DNA of 39,647 nt from Spirochaetota bacterium. Lineage in GTDB: Bacteria; Spirochaetota; UBA4802; UBA5550. Below the pieces are notes generated by a model that saw nothing but the letters and a program-made list of their open reading frames with translations, was not told the DNA's origin and searched no databases. Of this stretch, positions 17,758 to 26,281 are shown piece after piece; position 1 is the first letter of the stretch, and every line of letters starts with the position of its first letter. The DNA is taken from the NCBI GenBank assembly GCA_050298055.1, contig JBNKTL010000031.1:1-39647 (forward strand). The letters are read 5' to 3'. A program made the translations under genes and the position numbers.

Positions 17758-17987
17758 CCGTTATCGCCAGGAAGTCGCTTGAAAGTGTTATTAGTGATGC
17801 AAATAATATTCTTAATGCGGTCAATGAACAGAAGATCGCATTTGAAGAGGTTTCAAAAAGCGTATCCGTCATCAACGATATCTCGCAGGAAGTATCTTCC
17901 AATTCGCAGACTTTGCTCAACACTGCTAAATCGGTTGCCGATATTGCCTATAATCTGAAAGCCCTTTCCAGCGCAAAGAAATTGTAA
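17754..17987 (+). pseudogene. C-terminal fragment of a methyl-accepting chemotaxis protein
   Basis: NEQKIAFEEVSKSVSVINDISQEVSSNSQTL...AYNLK aligns with the MCP tail [31 protein letters not shown]...ANNLQ of 33367..34980. No signalling hairpin or TM segment. Confidence 0.7.
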
Positions 17988-18195
17988 CAGACATTTGTTA
18001 TCATAAAAAAATACCGGTAAAATAGTAAATTCCAGTTTTATGCTATGCCCCGCAAACCCTACATGAAGACCGGGCAATCCCATTTAATTTCGTTGTGAAA
18101 TTTCTATTCGCCGGCTGGAAGGAAATCCAGGCAGAAGGGCTGAAACATCAGACCTGTCAAACCCGGAATCCCCCGGCGTTTTTATAAATACTATA

Positions 18196-19614
18196 TCACA
18201 TATCAACTGCTTCCATAATCTCCTCATCGGTGTATTCCCAGGTTTCAGATGGGTTCATCTCAGTCAGTTCATGAATTTCATGCCATGGTTTACTTTTTAT
18301 AGGGAGAATAGGCCGTTTCATATAAGCCTCAATGAATTCCTCCTGTCCGACAATAGGATTTCGCACGCAGCGGACCGGCAGCATTGCGATAAATCGAAAG
18401 ATGCAGCCGCGGTTACAGCGGGTGCATTTGATAATATCGTCAAATCGCCGATCGATAACTTTGTTGACCCATTCCGGGTCGCATATTTGCTGGCGTCCCT
18501 GTTGTACCATATCCGCTTTCCCGTTTTTGAGTACATCCACGACATTCTCCGGATCATGGACTGAAGGACAGATAACCGGAATTTTTACGGCTTTTTTTAT
18601 GACAGCAGCCTTGTCGATTACCTGTCCTTCGGTATTTGGCAGAAAATCACTCATGGCTTCATATGACCCGTCTGAAAGATTGATATAATCCGCGCCTTCC
18701 TCTTCGCAACGCTTTGCTATTTTGACTGCAAACTCCGGTGTATATCCATCTCTTAAATCTTCCGAAGCACTAAACCTGACACCCACAGGGTAATCAGGGC
18801 CCACAGCCTTCCTGGCAGATCGGATCAGTTCAAGCATAAAGCGAATCCTGTTTTCAAAACTCCCTCCATATTCATCCTTTCTCTCATTGGCACGTTCCGT
18901 AAGAAATGTATGAACCAGGTAGCCGTGACAGGCATGCACTTCTATACCGTCATAACCGCACATCTTGGCTATTTTCGCTCCTTTACCCATATCCTTTACG
19001 AGGATTTTGATCTCCTCTTTTGTAATCTCACGCGGTATGGTTCCCGTGGCATGCAGGTAAGGAATTTTTTGAAAAAAAGCCAAAAGCGCTTTACCGTCAT
19101 CTAAAGACGGGATTTTTCCATGGTATCCGGCCAGCCGGGCAGCGGCTGCGATAAATTGTTCTCCTGATCCATTAATCAGTTTTCCCCAGTTCTGCTTCCA
19201 TGGGATGGCAGAAGCAGACACGACATCCCCGGCTCCCAGATCATTACTACCCTGTCGTCCCGGTCCGGTGAAAAGCTGGGCAAAAATTTTTGCCCCGAAG
19301 CTATGGACATGTTCCACAAAATTGGATTGTGTGGGAATATATTTGTAGCTGGTCAGATAGGGATTGTTGTATTTCCGGTAGGTGTCGGCAACAGGATGTT
19401 CGGAAACCGCCTGGGCCTCGGTGATGATCAGACCGGTTCCTCCCTTTGCCCTTGCGGCATAATAGGCCATCTGCTGGCGGCTGATATAATGCTCCGGATC
19501 CGTATAGTTACAATTCATTGGCGACATGGCAATTCGATTTTTGATTTCCAATTTATTGATTTTAATTGGCTGTATAATAGGACTGATATCAAGGTTACTT
19601 CTTTTTTTGGACAT
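18196..19614 (-). CDS. NADH:flavin oxidoreductase (OYE-like with [4Fe-4S] motif), paralog 2
   Basis: Same length (472 aa) and motifs as 8290..9708; AGGAG RBS. Confidence 0.92.
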   Translation of the reverse strand: MSKKRSNLDISPIIQPIKINKLEIKNRIAMSPMNCNYTDPEHYISRQQMAYYAARAKGGTGLIITEAQAVSEHPVADTYRKYNNPYLTSYKYIPTQSNFVEHVHSFGAKIFAQLFTGPGRQGSNDLGAGDVVSASAIPWKQNWGKLINGSGEQFIAAAARLAGYHGKIPSLDDGKALLAFFQKIPYLHATGTIPREITKEEIKILVKDMGKGAKIAKMCGYDGIEVHACHGYLVHTFLTERANERKDEYGGSFENRIRFMLELIRSARKAVGPDYPVGVRFSASEDLRDGYTPEFAVKIAKRCEEEGADYINLSDGSYEAMSDFLPNTEGQVIDKAAVIKKAVKIPVICPSVHDPENVVDVLKNGKADMVQQGRQQICDPEWVNKVIDRRFDDIIKCTRCNRGCIFRFIAMLPVRCVRNPIVGQEEFIEAYMKRPILPIKSKPWHEIHELTEMNPSETWEYTDEEIMEAVDM

Positions 19615-19709
19615 AATACGTCTCCTGTAGTTTATATTATTTTATCGAATATTCATATAATTCTGCTATCCAGTTGATTTCTAAAATCCTAAACTTCATT
19701 GAATCTGAC

Positions 19710-20876
19710 TTATCTGTTCCTTCCCAGTCGTTCATGGCTTGTCACCCAGTCTCCTGACATAACAGCGGTACCAAGGGACAGTTCGCCGCAGATTACGGTT
19801 GCGGCAACTATTTCCGCCAGTTTGGTGGCCTTCTCCTTTCCCGCGCAACCGAGCATTTCCAGGCATTCATGCTGGGTGGCAAGCCCCGTTCCTCCCCCAT
19901 GGGTGGCCACAATGAGCGAGGGTATGGTGACGGAAAAATAGTAGTCCTTTTCCGGTGTGATCTCAGCATATACCAGCGCCGCCGAGGACTCGGCAACGTT
20001 CGCCACGTCCTGGCCGGTGGCAATGAACAGCGCCGTGATTCCATTCGCCGAATGAAGACCGTTGTTGTTGGCGCCGGCCATGAAGCTCCCCATTGTTGAT
20101 AACAATCTCATCTGCAGCGCCACTTCCGGGAGGATATTCATATTTTCAATCACGATCTTCCGGGGTATGACGACTTCAGCGGTTACCCTTTTGCCCCTTG
20201 TATGAAGGGTATTCATGTGTGAATGCTTCTTGTCAGTATCGATATTGCCTGAAAGGGCATGATGACGGATCAATTTGTTTTGCTGCAATATCCATTGGCA
20301 TGCGAAATGGGTTGCTTTGCCGACCATGTTCTGACCGGCGGCATCGCCTGTAGTGAAGTTGAATCGCAAATACATTACCTTGCTCATCTGGTACTTTTCG
20401 ATGTTGCGGAGTTTTCCCACGCTCGTTGTCTTTTCCGCGGTCGCTTTTATTGTATCGTAATTACTATCGACCCAGACACCAAACTCACGGGCCTGCCGCG
20501 CATCATCAAATATGAACACCGGTGCCCGCTGCATCACATCGTCCGTCACCGTGGTCTTTATCCCACCTGCCAGTCTTGTCAGTTTCATCCCGCGATTATA
20601 GCTTGCCACCAGCGTCCCTTCAGAAGTCGCCAGGGGGACATAGAATTCGCCCTTTGCGTGCTCGCCGTTTACCAGCATGGGTCCCGCGAGTCCCATCGGG
20701 ACCTGGGCTACTCCCATAAAGCCCTCTATGTTCCCATTCAACAATCCGGGTTCAAAAGAGTAAGCACCCACATGATTCAGGTCTATACCCGTTTTTTCCC
20801 TGGCGAATTCCCTGCGCTCCTGCGCAATCTCCTTCGTGTAATCGTTTTCCGCCGAACGCGGTATTTTATTATTCAT
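19710..20876 (-). CDS. Hydroxymethylglutaryl-CoA reductase, class I-like
   Basis: NIEGFMG, VPLATSEGTLVAS, TGDAAGQNM, SGNIDTDKK, ATGQDVANV, HGGGT, CGELSL, C-terminal catalytic His (SHERLGR). Confidence 0.88.
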   Translation of the reverse strand: MNNKIPRSAENDYTKEIAQERREFAREKTGIDLNHVGAYSFEPGLLNGNIEGFMGVAQVPMGLAGPMLVNGEHAKGEFYVPLATSEGTLVASYNRGMKLTRLAGGIKTTVTDDVMQRAPVFIFDDARQAREFGVWVDSNYDTIKATAEKTTSVGKLRNIEKYQMSKVMYLRFNFTTGDAAGQNMVGKATHFACQWILQQNKLIRHHALSGNIDTDKKHSHMNTLHTRGKRVTAEVVIPRKIVIENMNILPEVALQMRLLSTMGSFMAGANNNGLHSANGITALFIATGQDVANVAESSAALVYAEITPEKDYYFSVTIPSLIVATHGGGTGLATQHECLEMLGCAGKEKATKLAEIVAATVICGELSLGTAVMSGDWVTSHERLGRNR

Positions 20877-21086
20877 CTTCTGCTCCTTTTATTTTATTGG
20901 AAAACGCTTAAATTTTATTAGCACGCTTAAAATACTAACTACAGTTCTATCAGGCATGCTGCTTTTTATATGAATCCGTTTTTATAGTTTTTTGCTTATA
21001 AAAATCTCTCTGCATACAGCCAATAAAACATGTTTATGAACATTCATTAATCTACAGGGTAAATAAACAACACAGGCAGATTCATG

Positions 21087-21701
21087 CTATCTATAGTTTC
21101 TTATCCCATTCAGAGAAAAATTATATATGTAATTGACCATATCTTCTATTGAATATTTCCCCTTTGGGTTAAACCATATTCTCGACCGGGCGATGATTGA
21201 AGCTATACTGTATACAGTTATCTTTTCATCAACCGGAGAAAATATGCCCCTGGCAATCCCCCTTTGTATTATTGCCGTGCCGATATCATCATACTCATCT
21301 CTCAAACCGATAATTATTCTTCTGTTTGCCGGCAATAGATTATTCAGTCCAACATCAAAAAGAAGTTTTGAAGAGCTCATCTCTCCCAGGGTATGAGTTA
21401 AATGGACTTTGATCATTGTATAGAGGGCGTCTTCAGGGTTTATGCTGTCATTGTCTTTAAGGTGCCTTATGGGGATCAGTATATCCAGCATCTCTTCCTT
21501 GAGAATCTCAAAAAGAATTGTTTCTTTGTTCTTGAAAAAATTATAGATATTTGCAGGTCTGAACTTGCATGAATTGGCAATATCCCTCATGCTGGTTTCC
21601 GCGTACCCTTTTTCCCAGAAAAGCATCCGGGATTTGGTAAGAATCTTCGCCTGCTGGGTCTTCCATTCATTTTTCTTTATAATAACAGCACCTGTTGTCA
21701 T
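21087..21701 (-). CDS. TetR/AcrR family regulator, KstR2-like C-terminal domain
   Basis: LFWEKGYAETSMRDIA...ANIYNFFKNKETIL HTH; RDEYD...IIQRGIARGIF...WFNPKG. Start set at ATG 21701 because the longer ORF runs through the promoter. Confidence 0.9.
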   Translation of the reverse strand: MTTGAVIIKKNEWKTQQAKILTKSRMLFWEKGYAETSMRDIANSCKFRPANIYNFFKNKETILFEILKEEMLDILIPIRHLKDNDSINPEDALYTMIKVHLTHTLGEMSSSKLLFDVGLNNLLPANRRIIIGLRDEYDDIGTAIIQRGIARGIFSPVDEKITVYSIASIIARSRIWFNPKGKYSIEDMVNYIYNFSLNGIRNYR

Positions 21702-21745
21702 GATTATATGTCTGTATGTACTAATGAACAATTGATAAATAATAA

Positions 21746-21865
21746 TACAATACAATACATTATCGTTCTATAGTGTCAATCATTTTTATTAATAATATAT
21801 AATTTTTTGCTTTATAGAGATTGACCATATCTAATTCTTTACTAAAACATTTAGGAATATACAAT
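21746..21865. promoter_or_regulatory. Repeated module, copy 3 (partial), overlapping the TetR gene promoter
   Basis: TACAAT 21746-21751, N7, ATTATCGTTCTATAGT 21759-21774. Minus-strand TTGACA at 21779-21774 points to tetR with the operator in its spacer. ACCATATCTAATTCTTT-AAACAT-GGAATATAC follows. Confidence 0.85.
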
Positions 21866-21917
21866 TGAAAAATGGGGGCGTTATTAGGATAACTAAATAA
21901 AGATTAATAAGTGATCT

Positions 21918-21971
21918 CATGCAGGGGACTCCCTGATAACAGAAAATCGTTTGCACGCATTCATATGAACT
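21918..21971. repeat. ~55-bp repeat, copy A (copy B 25050..25102)
   Basis: CATGCAGGGGACTCCCTGATAACAGAAAATCGTTT vs CATGCAGGAAATTCCCTGTCAGCAGAGAATCGTTT. Confidence 0.7.
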
Positions 21972-22122
21972 TTATTTTGTCCTCCGGAATGCAGCTTGAC
22001 TTTACGCCAAATATCGGGAGTGTATCTTTAAATGATAAGCACTGAGTGTTGAAATTTTCAGTTTATACCATATACTTGCGATAACCATTGAGTTTGCTAT
22101 TTATAATATTATCAGGAAAGAA

Positions 22123-23391
22123 GTGATGCTTCCAATACAGAAATTACTAACCAGAAACATATTTATAGAAATAAAACTCTCCCATGAACTTCGGGATAAA
22201 TACAGGGGACATCTTCGGGATATAACCATCGGGAGACTCCGTGTAGCGCTTGCTCTGGCTTTTTTTGTCGTTGTTATGGACTGCGCAGTACAGTATTTAT
22301 TTTTAGGAGGTATGTCACGGGGATTTTTATTGGTCAGGATTGAGACCCTGATAACAAGCATAATCATTCTGCTTATTGCCCAGAAAAAAGTTTTTTCACG
22401 CTTTGCATTTTCGCTCTCGTTAATCGGCATACTGGCCATGGCTGGTTATATAGAAACAGCTGTTGTGGTAACAGGGGGATATCACTCAACCTACCAGACC
22501 GGTCTCTCCCTCCTTATCGTAGCCGCCGGTCTCCTGTTCCCCTATCCCTTCAGGGAAATGGGAATTGCCTGTACCCTTATCTGGCTGGTTTACCTGCTTC
22601 CGGTTCTTACGGGACTGCAGGATTTTAACTGGTCCAACGGGGATCTGTTTGTAAATGGATTTTTTCTCATATGCGCAACCGTTATCGCACTGACGGCAAG
22701 CAGGGTTACGGATCTGCTCCGCCACAGAGAGTTTTACAGCCGGGAAGCACTTGAAGAAGAAGAGAAAAAATCGGAACTTCTCCTGCTGAATATACTACCG
22801 GAAACAATTGCGACACGGCTGAAAAATAATGAAGAGCCCATTACCGACAGGTTCGATGATGTGACTGTCCTCTTTGCCGACATAGCAGGATTTACTGTCT
22901 TATCATCACATATGAAGCCGGATGAAGTCACAGGAATGCTCAATGGTCTTTTTTCCCGTTTCGATATACTTACGGAAAAATACGGTTTGGAAAAGATCAA
23001 GACCATAGGCGATGCATACATGGCTGTGGGGGGCGCTCCGCTGCCAATGAACGATCATGTCCTGGCGTCTGCGGGAATGGCCTGTGAAATGATTGAGGAG
23101 ACCGGGCGGTATAGCAGGGAAACAGGCGCGGCTCTGAATATCCGTATCGGATTAAACAGAGGACCTGTAACCGGAGGAGTTATCGGCAGAAAAAAGTTCA
23201 TCTATGACCTCTGGGGAGACACCGTTAACACGGCTAGCCGCATGGAATCTCACGGTGTCCCGGGAAAGATTCATGTAACGGAATCAATATTCAATCACCT
23301 GAATGACCATTATCATTTCACCAGCAGGGGTATTATCGATGTCAAGGGGAAAGGTCCCATGAATACCTATTTTCTCCTTGGACCAAAATGA
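22123..23391 (+). CDS. Membrane-anchored class III adenylate/guanylate cyclase
   Basis: About six TM segments, LLLNILP, VLFADIAGFT, EKIKTIGDAYM, YDLWGDTVNTASRMES (K and D specify ATP), KGKG. Confidence 0.93.
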   Translation: MMLPIQKLLTRNIFIEIKLSHELRDKYRGHLRDITIGRLRVALALAFFVVVMDCAVQYLFLGGMSRGFLLVRIETLITSIIILLIAQKKVFSRFAFSLSLIGILAMAGYIETAVVVTGGYHSTYQTGLSLLIVAAGLLFPYPFREMGIACTLIWLVYLLPVLTGLQDFNWSNGDLFVNGFFLICATVIALTASRVTDLLRHREFYSREALEEEEKKSELLLLNILPETIATRLKNNEEPITDRFDDVTVLFADIAGFTVLSSHMKPDEVTGMLNGLFSRFDILTEKYGLEKIKTIGDAYMAVGGAPLPMNDHVLASAGMACEMIEETGRYSRETGAALNIRIGLNRGPVTGGVIGRKKFIYDLWGDTVNTASRMESHGVPGKIHVTESIFNHLNDHYHFTSRGIIDVKGKGPMNTYFLLGPK

Positions 23392-23441
23392 CCGTAAATA
23401 TCCGGACATTTAATGAGGCTATGCAAAATATTAAAGAAAAT

Positions 23442-24161
23442 CTACACATTGGATTCTTCTTCCATTAATTTCCTTATGATGTCTGCGGCAGAATCCCCCC
23501 ACAACCTGTAGAGTTCCGGACCAGGATGGAACCCATCCTCCGCGATCATAGTCGTGAACCGGGAGGTATCATGAGAAGTCACAGGTTCGACCAGGTGCAG
23601 ATCCTTATTTATATCTACCCATGATCTCAATTCCCTGTTGAATCGTTCAGCCCGTAGTCCCTGGAACCAGCGGAGAGGCTGAGGCAGGGATGGAAAGAGT
23701 CGCATGGGGGGAAGAACAGAACAGAGGATATGACGGACCCGGTAACGGTTTTTCAGGAGCTCTTTGAGGTTATCCATCATCTTTATCCACTCCCCCGGAT
23801 CCGTTCCAGACGTGATGTCGTTCACCCCCAGGGAGATAAGGGCAATATCAAAGGTTTCCGGGGATTGTTTCTCAAGGTAGTTGATAGTATTGGCGGTTTG
23901 GGCACCTGATTTTGCAATGAGCTTCCACTGGACCGTATAGTTCTTTTCCAGGTTCCTCACAATCCTGTATGCAAGGGCCTCCTCCTGGCGGGAAACACCT
24001 ACACCTACCGCTGCAGAATCACCCGCTATTAAAAGCCGCAGGATTTCTCCTGTTCCTTCTTCTCCCTCCCTGGCTCCCGCAGGCTCGGGAAGGCGGGGGG
24101 TAAATCTCCTCACATAGTGTCTCTGGATCGACAAAAGTGGGCCCAGGATTATTTTTATCAT
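23442..24161 (-). CDS. SGNH/GDSL hydrolase (lipase/esterase)
   Basis: GDSAAVGVG, SGA, LGVND, DGFHP: all four blocks intact. Confidence 0.92.
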   Translation of the reverse strand: MIKIILGPLLSIQRHYVRRFTPRLPEPAGAREGEEGTGEILRLLIAGDSAAVGVGVSRQEEALAYRIVRNLEKNYTVQWKLIAKSGAQTANTINYLEKQSPETFDIALISLGVNDITSGTDPGEWIKMMDNLKELLKNRYRVRHILCSVLPPMRLFPSLPQPLRWFQGLRAERFNRELRSWVDINKDLHLVEPVTSHDTSRFTTMIAEDGFHPGPELYRLWGDSAADIIRKLMEEESNV

Positions 24162-24240
24162 TTTTTCCGTTATGTTATCCTTGGAATTTTCTTTTTTTTA
24201 TGTTTACCGTAATTCTTGCCCAGTATCTTGAGCTTTTGCC

Positions 24241-24385
24241 TGCCCGGTATTGCTTTTCCCCAAAGCATTACCGGGCGCCCTGTCTTCTCTTTTATAATTT
24301 TCAATTACTGGTGGCAATCACATCACATATACGCAGTTATATGTATATGTGTGCTGTGATTTTGCAACAGGCAGGAGAAGACAGG
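24241..24385. other. Two adjacent long inverted repeats (structured intergenic element)
   Basis: GCCCGGTATTGCTTT/AAAGCATTACCGGGC at 24242-24276. CCTGTCTTCTC 24279-24289 / GAGAAGACAGG 24375-24385 encloses AATCACA/TGTGATT and CACATATAC/GTATATGTG. Confidence 0.65.
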
Positions 24386-24408
24386 ACATATGAAACTGTT
24401 ATTTTCAA

Positions 24409-24930
24409 TTAACTACTTTCCACAGTTCTTATTCTTTTAATTATATTCAACATCCATTTTAATCGTGAAAGAATATGTATAATTGATAATATAATGACTA
24501 TCAGTGCAATTTTATCATGAATTTCTATAAATATAGTTCTATTGTTACTTTTCGAATGGATAAATACCCATGAAAACATCGCTGTAAAAGTTGTAGGAAT
24601 AGCCACTAAAAATAAATAATATGATAATGGTATTCTTTTTATTGTTTTTTTAACAAATAATATAGATGAATTTATTTTTATAACGTTCCAATGCAATATA
24701 CAATGGATTATAACACCCATAAAAGAGATAGTTGCGGAAATTTTGTGTAGAACCAGCCAATCAGCCCTGTTTAAGTTAGCTATTAAATAATCATTTGGTA
24801 ATTTAAGCAGATGAAATTCTATTTGAAGTATACTCCCGGAGATAATGAGGAATAAAAATGGAATTATATTTAACAGGTTCACATAAAAATTTGTTTTGAT
24901 AGATTTAGAAATATTATTACATGTTTTCAT
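24409..24930 (-). CDS. DUF4405-like membrane protein (possible heme-binding, cytochrome b-like)
   Basis: Four TM segments with a repeated pattern WLVLHK...HCILHW and EIHDK...IHIL. Very AT-rich. Confidence 0.65.
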   Translation of the reverse strand: MKTCNNISKSIKTNFYVNLLNIIPFLFLIISGSILQIEFHLLKLPNDYLIANLNRADWLVLHKISATISFMGVIIHCILHWNVIKINSSILFVKKTIKRIPLSYYLFLVAIPTTFTAMFSWVFIHSKSNNRTIFIEIHDKIALIVIILSIIHILSRLKWMLNIIKRIRTVESS

Positions 24931-25006
24931 ATCCCAATCCTTCGTTTATAATTTATTTTTTATTATAGTACCTGGAGTAAGATATACAATAAGTAAACAA
25001 ATGTAA

Positions 25007-25020
25007 TTAACAAATGTTAA
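25007..25020. promoter_or_regulatory. Putative Crp/Fnr-family binding site
   Basis: Palindrome TTAACAAATGTTAA 77 bp upstream of the DUF4405-like start; matches the site at 36683-36696. Confidence 0.55.
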
Positions 25021-25049
25021 TCCGTTGCAAATTTCCTTCCATATCCTCG

Positions 25050-25102
25050 CATGCAGGAAATTCCCTGTCAGCAGAGAATCGTTTAAAATATTCAGATAAA
25101 CT
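25050..25102. repeat. ~55-bp repeat, copy B
   Basis: Aligns with 21918..21971. Confidence 0.7.
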
Positions 25103-25161
25103 GTAGTATATTGACTATTTGATTAACATATCACCCGGATGCCAGACATAGGATGTAGGCC

Positions 25162-25313
25162 TGCACCCGAATGACCATCACAGGAAACGGCTCTATCACA
25201 GGGTTTCGTTCTACTGTATCTGCTCACCCCATCTCACATGGATGTAACAGTTCTATGACTGGTTCTTTCCCGGGAGTGTCATTCGCTACTCCTGGAAATA
25301 TAATCGTTTATAA
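25162..25313. repeat. ~150-bp non-coding repeat, copy B
   Basis: Aligns with 1803..1953; both lie just upstream of a module copy. Confidence 0.85.
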
Positions 25314-25335
25314 CCTGTCGTCCCTTACCGCTGTC

Positions 25336-25576
25336 TGAATGTTATAATAGATTATTCTCTTGACATATTTCTTGAATATAAATATGAAGTATAATACTAT
25401 ATATTATCGTACTATAGCGTCAATACTTTTATTGCATATGTCATATTTTTTTAATTTTCTAGATTAAACCATATTTAGTCTTTTTATTACAAAATACGGG
25501 AATATAAACTGAATTATATCACTCTTGGGAAAAAATAATGTAAATATTAATAATGAACTGTGGTCTGCGGGTACCC
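25336..25576 (+). promoter_or_regulatory. Repeated module, copy 4 (upstream of corrinoid protein-MT1 operon)
   Basis: TTGACA 25360-25365, TATAAT 25390-25395, ATTATCGTACTATAGC 25403-25418 then GTCAA, AAACCATAT, ACTCTTGGGA, GGGTACCC 25569-25576. Confidence 0.85.
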
Positions 25577-25645
25577 TTATGGAAATTATAACGTGCATTA
25601 AATTTGTTCACTTTTGGCATAAGAAAAATTTAGGAGAGTTGTATT

Positions 25646-26281
25646 ATGAAAGAAAAATTTGACGAACTGAGCAGAGCACTGCTTGAACTTGAGGAGGATA
25701 ATGTCTTCGAAAAAGTGGATTTACTGCTTTCGGAAAAAGGTGAACCCATGGAGATCATTAGCGCGTTGATCGCCGGCATGGAAGATGTGGGAAAACGTTT
25801 CAAAGCGGGTGACTACTTTTTGAGCGAACTGATATATTCCGGGGAGATATTCAAGCAGGCTATGGATAAGGTCAGACCGCTGTTGGGGGATAAACAGAAT
25901 GAACTTTCCAGGGGTAAGGTGATAATCGGGACGGTAAAAGACGACATCCATGATCTGGGGAAAAATATAGTAATCACCATGCTGGAATGCGCCGGTTACG
26001 AGACTATTGATCTCGGCGTGGACGTGCCTCCTGAAAAATTCACCGATGCGATTAAATCATCCGGGGCTTCGCTGGTGGGTTTGAGCCTGCTCCTGACAAC
26101 AGGATACGATTCTTTAAGGAAATGCGTGAAAGCGATAAAGGAATCGGATCCCGGCGGAACAGTCAGGGTCATGATAGGGGGAAGCGTTACCGACGAGACC
26201 CTCAGAGAAGAAATAGGGGCCGATTTTTACGGCGCTGACGCCACCGCGGCAGTGGACATCGCACGGGAGGTGTATGTTTGA
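25646..26281 (+). CDS. Cobalamin-binding (corrinoid) protein, MtbC/MetH B12-binding type
   Basis: Cap domain GMEDVGKRF...YFLSEL, DIHDLGKNIV (DxHxxG), DLGVDVPPE, SLLLT, MIGGS. Confidence 0.95.
   Translation: MKEKFDELSRALLELEEDNVFEKVDLLLSEKGEPMEIISALIAGMEDVGKRFKAGDYFLSELIYSGEIFKQAMDKVRPLLGDKQNELSRGKVIIGTVKDDIHDLGKNIVITMLECAGYETIDLGVDVPPEKFTDAIKSSGASLVGLSLLLTTGYDSLRKCVKAIKESDPGGTVRVMIGGSVTDETLREEIGADFYGADATAAVDIAREVYV

Noticed and set aside
25420..25645. Cobalamin riboswitch upstream of the corrinoid gene
   Set aside because: No recognisable B12-box or GGGAA/GCCACTG elements; the region is the AT-rich shared module.
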